A stretch of 63,824 nucleotides of DNA, the filler included, from Stramenopiles sp. TOSAG23-3 (Eukaryota), in the NCBI GenBank assembly GCA_900128585.1. It is 10 parts of 10 records of this genome, joined end to end, with 100 filler letters (N's around TTAATTAATTAA, not from the genome) between each part and the next. Parts side by side here need not be neighbours in the genome. Positions count along the whole stretch, not along the records: positions 50,629 to 58,949 come from LT643036.1; positions 59,050 to 60,574 come from LT645731.1; positions 60,675 to 62,199 come from LT645732.1; positions 62,300 to 63,824 come from LT645733.1; 6 more parts are not named here. One strand, 5' to 3'. This document shows positions 55,412 through 63,824 of this stretch, piece after piece. The notes under the pieces are model-generated. The model saw nothing but the letters and a program-made list of their open reading frames with translations, did not search any database and had not been told where the DNA came from. The translations under genes were made by a program, and so were the position numbers. Position 1 is the first letter of the stretch. Each line of letters begins with the position of its first letter.

Positions 55412-58400
55412 TTACTGTCTCATGCGGCTATGGTAGCGAATATACGGCAAGTCCACGTCATCATCGTCTTCGTCGACTGCACACACTTCAAAGTTTAAAT
55501 ACTCGTCGTTAGCGTTCAGATCTCGCTTCACTACATACTTGGCAACAACATCTTCCAGAGCCATGTCGCCACGCTCCTTTCTTTTTGCAGGAGGAAAGAA
55601 AAAGGAGTAAACGATAGTAACGCCGCAAGAGAGCATGTTCACCTCGCATTTGTACTCCTCTTCTAGGTGCTTGATGAATTCGTTAAGTGTAATGGTACCT
55701 TCGACGTCCACACGGTCCCAGATGGACCAGTTCCATTCGCCGTTCGTCTTGGTTTCCACTTCCGTCGTTCTGACGCCCTCGGGTTCCGAGAACGCAAACA
55801 GTGGGATTGCAAGGTTAACAAACGCATTCTTGAAATCTTCCAGTTTCTTGCCTTGGACAATCTTGTACAATTCGAGACAAATCAAGCCCGTCACGGAGGC
55901 AGTCGTCGTCGCGAGGGCAGGGATGATCTTCCCCGCGATAAGCTTCGTTTTGAACTTGTCCGCGCTCTCAATGCCATAGTTTGTGGCACGTAAATTAGAG
56001 CACGCAGTTATAAAGTCAATATGAAAGTTAGTGTCGTCGTCTTTCTCGAATTCGCACGGGTTCATGCGGTAACCGGCGAGCTCGGACGGGTTCGGGAGGC
56101 TCGCAATGATGTCCTCTGCTAGCTTGTCGGTATCCACCAGTCCCCCCGATTGCGCTGCCCCGTCCATCTCCTTCGCCTCCTTTTCGTCCGCGGCAATCTT
56201 CACGCCTTCTCTCGGCCGAAATTCAGGAACGCTGACGGTCGGAAGCACTTTGGCAAAGAAGCCAAGGTCCCTGGTCCCGTTAATGCCGTAGTTGAAGGCT
56301 CTCAGGTTAGCTGTGGCAACAACAAACTCCAAGTGGGCGGGGTCTTCCGCAGAGAACACCAGCGGCGAAGGCTCTCGCTTGTGCCCAGACCAAAACGGTT
56401 GACCGGACGACGTCTTCATGTGGGAAGGGAAATTGTGCAACAGCTGCTTCGGGTTGTTTGCAAAGAGCTCTTCAAATTGAAGCCTGGCCCAGTGAATGCA
56501 TTCTTCGAAGGTCGTAGGCCGTTCGCTCACCAGACTTTTGCGCAGGCGTTGGAGGGTCTCCAGCTTGGTGTTCTGCTGGGCGTCCAGGCCGGAGAGGAAC
56601 GACGAGTTCCCTAAGTATTGGTTCACATCATCCGACGCTTGGGTGAACGTCCCTTCAAAAAAGTCACGGGCCCATTGGATGGTGTGTTCAATCATGTAAG
56701 GAAAGTTCTTGAGCGTGCAGATGGGGATGCTCTTCTCCGGCGGGTCGCGGGACGCGCCGTAGTTGACGGTCTTGTACGGGAGGACCAGCTGCGTGTTTCC
56801 CTTCGTCCCGAGCGTGCCGCTTTCCAGCATCGGTTTTCTGTAGTAAAGGCAGCGCTGGTCCACGTACAGGCGCGCCTCGACATTGTCCAAGGCAGTGCAC
56901 ACGCCGCTCAGCGAGTTGAAAAAATTATCACCGAACGTGCCCTCTGTCTCTGGCGCCACCTTGTCCTCGTACGACTTGACGTTCATCCCGGGGTTCATGG
57001 CCATGGCGGCGCGCGCCGCGGTGGTGGATTTCGCGCAACCAACGTCCTTTGGGCGAAACAGGAACTGGCGGTTAAGGTTCGACTTTTCGATCGTGTCCAT
57101 GTCTGTGATGTGCACGGTCCCCCCGTTCGCCGAGGCAACCCCCATCAGGGCCCAGTTCTTCAGCATCTCGCACCCGATCGCGCCGGAACCAACCAGGAAG
57201 TAGCTCAGCTCCCTGAGCTTCGCCACGAAGGACCTGCCAAACACGGCGACTTGGCCATCGTAACGGTCCCCCTCTGCGGCGTATTCCTCCGCTGGCAAGG
57301 GCCAGTTCTCGGGCAGGCACTCGACCGCGTCCAAGAAGAACCACTGCTTGATTGGCATGAACTTGCCGGAGCAGGCCTTCATGACCTCTTGCCCAACGAT
57401 CCCCCCCACCGCGGCGGCCATCGGGGACACGTCGCCCTGGGCCCCCATGGCGAGCATCCTCAGCACTTTCTCTTTGGACTCGTCCCAGTCTACTTTGCAC
57501 ACGCCCTGCGCGCCGGCGTTGATCTCCTTTGCAGCGGCAACGAGGCGGTCCGCGTCCTCAACGCTCCCGGGCCTCGGCAAATTCTCCGGCCCGAACCGGT
57601 CCAGCGCTTGGAATCCCAAGTGCAAGACAGGGGGCCTGTCGAACTTTCCAAAGTCGCTCATCAAAAATTCACCTGGGCTTGCCAACGACTCCTTCAGCGG
57701 CTTGAAGCTGTGCGTCTCCGGCATCTTCACTTGGTTGGCCCAGCCCCCCTTCGAGTACGTGCCGAGGCCTTTCGTGGAGCCGATGGTGAACGTGTAAGGG
57801 CTCTTGACGGTGACCTTGCGGGGATCGCATCCGTTCAACACCGTCATCCCTTCCACCTCCGCAAAGGTAACGAAGTCCCCCGTTTCCAACCCGTGCCTGG
57901 TGTCATCCGACACGGTGACCAGCGCGTCGTCGGACTCGGCGTCGATGGACGTCACCATGGCCGTCGCCGGGTTTTCGCCGTTCTTGTCGTACACCGTGAA
58001 CGCCTCCCCAAAGTCGCAGAACACGTTGGCAAACAGCCCGCGCGTGTCTGCCTGGATGAAGCCGACATGATTCTGGTGGCAGTACTCGTTCACCCGCAAG
58101 CGCTCGTCGAGCGCCGAGTCCGTCATAACGACGCACTTGAAGCCGGACAGAAAGCTCTCGTCCAGGGCGCCAGCGTGAACGCTAACGTGGACGTAGTTGT
58201 TCAACTCTGCCAGCTGGGCCACGCAGGACTCTGCCCGCGGCTTTCCCACGTGCTCTTTTCCCAGATAAAAGTGAGACGACAAATCCGCAATCGCGGCAGG
58301 CCTGGGATCGTACAGCGTGACCGCCTTCACCCCCGCCAGGATAATATTCTTTGCGATTTCGGCCCCAAGGCCTTTCATCCCGACGATCAGGACGTTGGAG

Positions 58401-58507
58401 GAGGCCATTCTTCGCTGGGCCGCGTGGCCCATGACGTAAAGTTGCCTCGAGTACAAGCCTTCGTCAACTTCGTCCTTCCCTGCTTCCGCCATTGTTACGT
58501 CCGACAT
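55412..58507 (-). CDS. UBA1: Ubiquitin-activating enzyme E1
   Basis: DEGLYSRQLYV, VGSGAIGCE, IEKSNLNRQFLFR, catalytic PICTLKNFP, FEKDDDTNFH, GKIIPALATTT; 1031 aa. Confidence 0.97.
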   Translation of the reverse strand: MSDVTMAEAGKDEVDEGLYSRQLYVMGHAAQRRMASSNVLIVGMKGLGAEIAKNIILAGVKAVTLYDPRPAAIADLSSHFYLGKEHVGKPRAESCVAQLAELNNYVHVSVHAGALDESFLSGFKCVVMTDSALDERLRVNEYCHQNHVGFIQADTRGLFANVFCDFGEAFTVYDKNGENPATAMVTSIDAESDDALVTVSDDTRHGLETGDFVTFAEVEGMTVLNGCDPRKVTVKSPYTFTIGSTKGLGTYSKGGWANQVKMPETHSFKPLKESLASPGEFLMSDFGKFDRPPVLHLGFQALDRFGPENLPRPGSVEDADRLVAAAKEINAGAQGVCKVDWDESKEKVLRMLAMGAQGDVSPMAAAVGGIVGQEVMKACSGKFMPIKQWFFLDAVECLPENWPLPAEEYAAEGDRYDGQVAVFGRSFVAKLRELSYFLVGSGAIGCEMLKNWALMGVASANGGTVHITDMDTIEKSNLNRQFLFRPKDVGCAKSTTAARAAMAMNPGMNVKSYEDKVAPETEGTFGDNFFNSLSGVCTALDNVEARLYVDQRCLYYRKPMLESGTLGTKGNTQLVLPYKTVNYGASRDPPEKSIPICTLKNFPYMIEHTIQWARDFFEGTFTQASDDVNQYLGNSSFLSGLDAQQNTKLETLQRLRKSLVSERPTTFEECIHWARLQFEELFANNPKQLLHNFPSHMKTSSGQPFWSGHKREPSPLVFSAEDPAHLEFVVATANLRAFNYGINGTRDLGFFAKVLPTVSVPEFRPREGVKIAADEKEAKEMDGAAQSGGLVDTDKLAEDIIASLPNPSELAGYRMNPCEFEKDDDTNFHIDFITACSNLRATNYGIESADKFKTKLIAGKIIPALATTTASVTGLICLELYKIVQGKKLEDFKNAFVNLAIPLFAFSEPEGVRTTEVETKTNGEWNWSIWDRVDVEGTITLNEFIKHLEEEYKCEVNMLSCGVTIVYSFFFPPAKRKERGDMALEDVVAKYVVKRDLNANDEYLNFEVCAVDEDDDDVDLPYIRYHSRMRQ

Positions 58508-59097
58508 GTAAGATGTGCGCTAATGAACTATAAGGTGGTAGGTATGCTTCTGGTGGATTTCGTAGTATCGACCGTGCGGTTGGTTGGTTGGTAAACGTAA
58601 TGTATGAAAAGAATACAGAACAAGAGATAACAAACTTTAAACTTGTATTAATGTTTCAAATTGCCTGTTCATTTTCCTACCTATCTCTTTATATATTTTG
58701 GTTGCTTTTCTTATCAATACATATCATGTATTCTCCGTATGAGTTCTCTTTCTCATTGATTCAATCCATAGTCGCCTTTCAATTCAATTTTTTATAATAA
58801 TAATAAATAATAAAATAATAAATAAATAATAAATAATAATAATAATAATAATAGTGCGTGATAATAATAATATTATTATTTATTTGTTGCTTTAGTTATT
58901 TTTAGTATTTTTATTCAAAAGGTAATAATAATAATCCTTTTAATTTCAANNNNNNNNNNNNNNNNNNNNNNNNNNNNNNNNNNNNNNNNNNNNTTAATTA
59001 ATTAANNNNNNNNNNNNNNNNNNNNNNNNNNNNNNNNNNNNNNNNNNNNCACAAGTAAACACTCTATTGATTTTTATAAATTTAATGGCGCCCCCCT

Positions 59098-60327
59098 TTA
59101 GAAAATCACACAACACTTGTCCGGGGCAGTTTCCGCTTGTTTGTTTTGTTTCTCTTCTTCTTCTTGCAAATCTTTCAGGGTCTGCAATTTAGACCGCAAG
59201 GAAATGTACTCGCCCGAAGCTTTGAAGAGCGGAAACTGGCCGACGCGTAGCTGGTGGTAACACGCCCGCTCCACGGCCCGAAATATCTTTGATGTTGGCT
59301 GCGATATTCTGTACCCAATTTGGTTTCGATCGATAGAGCGGACGGAGACCTCGTATCGGGCATTTTCGTGTATGAACAAGGAATAGATGACCCCGGCGCG
59401 GCGAACATTTTCTTCGTCCCCACGGTGGTAGAGCAGTTTGTAAATTTGGATGTACCGCCAGCAGAGCAAGTTTTCTGCGCAATGCCGCTTGTTCAGAAAC
59501 TCATAAAAGGTACTGTACATGTGCCGGTCGTTCAAAATCTGTTTGAGACTAAACCCGAAATGCAGGTCTTCCGGCAACTGCCCGGCATCTACGATGGACT
59601 GCATCGGGTTGGTCTTCTCCACGGGGGGCGGGTTTTCCAGCATCTGCTGGAACGCTTGGCACCGTTGAAATTCTGTTGCCTCCTTGAACCTTCGAAACAT
59701 GTCCCTTTTCAACGACAATTTTATCTCTTTCATCGCAACGTCATAGGCCCCCAAGGGCATCTGAAACGCCACGTCATCGTTGTTGGTCAGCTGCTCCACG
59801 CCCTTTCGGGCCACCGCAGACAGGCTGACTTGTTCCGGGCTGTCGTCGCTAACAAACCTGTGGTAGATTTTCACCGCAAGCTGCCGCAACGCTTCGTTCG
59901 ACAGGTCTTCCGGGACGTCCAGGAAATCGTCATCTAGGCTGCTGCAGACGCTCGACGTCCCGGTCTCGGACGCAGTGTAGGTGGACAAACTTTGGGTGTT
60001 CCTTTCTAGCTCACCGACGGTGTGCATCGTCGGCACCCGGTACGCGCTTGGCAGGGCCGCGTCGTCGCCGGCTGCCGCGCCCTTGGCGTCCGTGTTGTGG
60101 GGGGCTGCCCGGAGCAACGCGTGTTTGTCTTTGTACAACTGCACAGCCACGTAAAAGTCTAAATTTTCCGCACAAAAATTTCGCTTAGCAAATTGTCGAA
60201 AAAACCCACACGCAACCGGGTCCGCCATCATCGTATCAAAGCTCTTCAGGGTCGATTCTGCACATTGCGGGTTGGCCGAAGACGACCCCCCGCCCAAGCT
60301 GTACCGACTGCTCAGCGTATCGGTCAT
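59098..60327 (-). CDS. Protein with two RGS domains and a C-terminal CaaX motif
   Basis: FRQFAKRNFCAENLDFY..IYHRFVSDDSPEQVSL and FYEFLNKRHCAENLLCW..IYSLFIHENARYEVSV; ends CCVIF. First ATG at 60327. Confidence 0.87.
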   Translation of the reverse strand: MTDTLSSRYSLGGGSSSANPQCAESTLKSFDTMMADPVACGFFRQFAKRNFCAENLDFYVAVQLYKDKHALLRAAPHNTDAKGAAAGDDAALPSAYRVPTMHTVGELERNTQSLSTYTASETGTSSVCSSLDDDFLDVPEDLSNEALRQLAVKIYHRFVSDDSPEQVSLSAVARKGVEQLTNNDDVAFQMPLGAYDVAMKEIKLSLKRDMFRRFKEATEFQRCQAFQQMLENPPPVEKTNPMQSIVDAGQLPEDLHFGFSLKQILNDRHMYSTFYEFLNKRHCAENLLCWRYIQIYKLLYHRGDEENVRRAGVIYSLFIHENARYEVSVRSIDRNQIGYRISQPTSKIFRAVERACYHQLRVGQFPLFKASGEYISLRSKLQTLKDLQEEEEKQNKQAETAPDKCCVIF

Positions 60328-61995
60328 GATTTCCACTGCGCTCCGCCGCGACGAATTTCCCCGGGTGGGCAATCGATCGACCACGACGCTCAAAAACAAA
60401 AAGTAAAGAAAAGAGAGGAAGCGTCAACTGGACGGAAGAAAAAAAAACCAAGGGAAAAAAAGGGACGACCATAAGAAACTTCTCCTCCCCCCCCCCGTAA
60501 AATTGGCCGAACAAGCTAACTAAAACATATTCATTCTTCTATCTATCTTCCCCAAAAAAAAACCAAAAAACCATNNNNNNNNNNNNNNNNNNNNNNNNNN
60601 NNNNNNNNNNNNNNNNNNTTAATTAATTAANNNNNNNNNNNNNNNNNNNNNNNNNNNNNNNNNNNNNNNNNNNNGGGGAACAGTGAGGGGAAAGGAGTCG
60701 AAAGAATGAATATCCGGTGGTTGGTGTAAAATTGTTTTTTTTACCAACAGAGCTCTATAATAATAAAATATGAAAATAATAATATGAAGGGAAGAAGAAG
60801 AAAGAGAAGAGTGAATATAATAATGTACTCAACTCATTATAATAAATAGTAATAAATACCAAACAGTACGAAAGAAAGAAGAAGAGAAAAAAAAAGAAGA
60901 AGAAGATTAATTTAATATTACTTACAGCTGAATAGTAAGAGAGGATAATTAGGTAGAAAATCAACTATTACCTATTTCATAATTAAGGCATTAATTATAT
61001 AGTAATTTATTTTGTTATATTTGTTAAATATTATATAATGATTAAAAAGAATATCCCTGTGAAGGTGATCATTATAATACTTAATAAATGAAGCAGTAAA
61101 TTCATTTTCACCACAAAAAGTCAAAAGAAGAAACGCTGTGTTTGTCATTACATAAGTATACAATAGAAATAAAAACGAAAATTATTTCAATAATTTTTTC
61201 TTGATGAAAAGAAAATAGAAACGTTGGGAGTACTAACAGGAGTACAGTATAGAAATAACAAAATTACTTTTTTTTTAGTCTATCGGGGAAATTAGTTTTA
61301 TTTATATCTAGGTAATAAAAATTGTAAATCTACTAAAAGTACATATATATAGTATAATAATGATAATGGACATTCTAATTATTTAATTGTACTTGTAATT
61401 TATATAGGTTTTATTATTTTAACTATTTGATAATTTACTATCTTTTGGGATTTTTTCTTCTTGTTGAAAAAAACTGGAAAAGAGGAAGCGAAAATTCGAC
61501 TGCAAGCCTAGCTAATTTAGTAGTCGTGATACTGACATAACTACAGCATTTTATCATAAGGAAGAATCAAAACACAAGAATTCCATCCTGCATCGATGAT
61601 CGGCAGTTATTTTCCATTCCCTTCACAATGCTGTGTACATATATGCCGCACGGCCGTCGTTACAACGATTCTTGCTTTTCAATAACAAGGGGCACAGGGT
61701 GTGCGGTAGGAATAAAAAAGAAGGAACAGCAGTAATGAAATTGGATAAAGCCAGGATGATGATGATGGAAGAAAAGAAGATGATGCCTCAATAAAATGAA
61801 TAAATAGAGCTTTTTCAATACAAATTTTGAAAAGCCGCTTCAACCACTTCGTAGATATTTTAAGAGACCACTTATTTTGACGAAACTCTCCGGCTCAGTG
61901 CGACCTGTTCAAACAATTAACACTGTCCGAAAAGGTTCGACCTGAACAAGTAAATTAGCAACAAAAGCTTTCAGACGAAAGTAAGCAATTGACTT

Positions 61996-62199
61996 ATGGA
62001 GGACGCAAACGACCCCAACACTGCAAAGTCGGCCGTGGTCAGGCTACCGACTGCTCCAACAGAGAGCGTCGAAACGGACCAGTATAGAAACCTTAGAGAA
62101 AACGCGCCGAACCTGATGTCGCGTGTGCTCTACACCCCAAAACAGGCGTCCACAGCTAGATTTCAGACACGAAAGCGAAAAGCGACCATATCGAGCAAA
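61996..62199 (+). CDS. N-terminal fragment of an unknown protein (runs into the contig end)
   Basis: ATG at 61996, open to the linker, coding-like GC content. Confidence 0.5.
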
Positions 62200-62300
62200 N
62201 NNNNNNNNNNNNNNNNNNNNNNNNNNNNNNNNNNNNNNNNNNNTTAATTAATTAANNNNNNNNNNNNNNNNNNNNNNNNNNNNNNNNNNNNNNNNNNNNA

Positions 62301-63824
62301 GGGAACTCAATGGACCAGGATAACTCTCCCTTGCGACGGGAACACGCGCAAAAAGAGAAAAGGACCCCTCGTGCGATACGCGAATTACGCGACTTTACAC
62401 ATTCTGGGCCAAAAGATGGTGCGCCGAGTATGGTAGACGGAAGCGTAGTAGAGGGCGGTAGACGTTCCCGAACGCAAACGAGAGAGCTAATTGACCCGGT
62501 GAAAGCTCCCTCTGAAACGAAAGCCGCCTCTGCATCGGAAGGCCCCTCGGTGCGACTGACGAAGAAACGAACGCGTGCAGCAAATTCCTCAAAGCCCAAG
62601 AAACGGACAAAGAATCGACAGAAGGCGATAGCGGAGCTAAAGCGAAGCTTGGAGCTGAAGTATCTAAACCAGCCAACGCGTCGAGTCTGGGAGACCCCTA
62701 ATACGACCGTTTCAGTAAACGGGAAAATTGTCAGGTTGGTTAGTGCCTACAGTGAAGACGATCCGAAAAGCGACGACCAGTTTTATTATAAAAATGAGCA
62801 CGACGAAGACGGGGACTCGGAAGACCTTGAATTTCTTGAAATGAAAAACGCCATTGCCTTGTACAAACGTTGGCACGAAAAAATGACCATTTACAAAGAG
62901 TTAGGCGATCCCAAGAAATTATGGAAGGTTTGCAAGGGTGAGCTCTCGGAGGAAGAGTGTCCCTTTTCAAAGAAACTTGACTGGCGAGGGGAAGAAGCAA
63001 AGTTCTACGAATCCCATCTCCGCAATTTCTTTTTGTCCACCTTTGACGGTGAGGACACGGATATCTTGCAACATATGGGAAAGTTGGTCTCAATGGCATC
63101 CCTGTGTGGGAGGGTCCCACAAATCGATCTGCAACGAAAGCTCTTTCACTCGTTGATGGCCTCAAACGATCGGGTTCATTTTTTTGAGTTGAAGAGAATA
63201 ATCGCAAGCATCTACACCACGTTCCCGGTGCGGACATACTCCAACGTGTGGCGCCCTAGTTTTGAATTCTTACTCTCCATATTTTCAACACTGTCCCAGC
63301 TCGGGAATGCCCTGAACAGACAAAACAAACAACCCAATGGAGATATCGGCATGAGCGATCGTGACAAGGAAAAAGAGCGCTCCCTACGGTTCGAGTTGGA
63401 GAAAGGAACCTGGCTGCTCGATTTCTGGTTTTCCCAGATCCAATCTACGACGCACGTCACACCAAGCCTGTCTGAGCCGTCTCAAGAAAACATCGCTGTA
63501 GGGGACTCTGTTTGGGTAGAGCATCGAAAAGGTCTCCCTGGCGCTCAGTCATGGGGTGGGCATGCGACGGTTGAGGAAGTCCTTGAAGAGGGCCACTTGT
63601 ATAGCGTCAAACCCCTGTCTGGCCAGGCAATGCCGGTGGAGCGGAAACATTTGAGAAAAGAGAACATGAACGATCGTCCCACCAGACATGCAAAAGTTGT
63701 TGCACAGCAAAGATTAAAATCAAAACCAGAAACAAACGGCAAGCAGCTCGAACTTTGGGATTTTTGGTTCCAAAATGACAACAAGAGGATTAGCAAACTG
63801 TGCAATGCAATAGTGCAGTCGTTT
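62301..63824 (+). CDS. Internal fragment of a Tudor-like domain protein (open at both ends; absent from the ORF track)
   Basis: My translation from 62301 stays open: GNSMDQDNSP...YLNQPTRRVWE..VNGKIV..FYYKNEHDEDGDSEDLEFLEMKNAI, later IAVGDSVWVEHRKG..GHATVEEVLEEGHLYSVKP. Confidence 0.7.

Noticed and set aside
56618..58594. 658-aa ORF antisense to UBA1 (and similar shadows over the ankyrin, JmjC, coiled-coil and H1-like genes)
   Set aside because: Expected by-product of GC-biased codon usage on the real strand; no domain features.
61996..63824. One gene spanning the linker at 62200
   Set aside because: The two 1525-bp contigs are adjacent only because of size ordering; nothing links them.

Overview
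Eukaryotic (protist) nuclear DNA. GC-rich, intron-poor genes are separated by very AT-rich, (GAA)n/(GAAA)n-rich spacers. The gene set (UBA1, PAN2, proteasome beta-2, VMA21, GPC1, FAM98, plus ciliary/centriolar CEP44, Rab28 and a CEP76/CC2D2A-like protein) fits a flagellated protist; a stramenopile-like organism is my inference only. The window is not one locus. It is ten contigs joined by an artificial 100-bp linker (44 N + TTAATTAATTAA + 44 N), in decreasing length (8353, 8342, 8340, 8338, 8332, 8323, 8321, 1525, 1525, 1525 bp), so adjacency across linkers means nothing. About 29 coding regions are supported, four with a clear short intron. Two exact 79-bp inverted duplications at contig ends and three deletion-type frameshifts in otherwise intact genes look like amplification or assembly artefacts. 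The best biological leads are: a linker-histone-like Lys/Ala protein with no globular domain and a possible UAP56-binding-like motif; a bacterial-type YeiH transporter with a mitochondrial-like presequence and an upstream GTAC cluster; an ER-lumen-type TPR-JmjC oxygenase; a secreted protein with an unfamiliar 4-Cys repeat; a prenylated double-RGS protein; and a dispersed MITE-like repeat family near gene 3' ends. I see no rRNA, tRNA, CRISPR array or autonomous transposon, and no multi-gene novel system that I can support.
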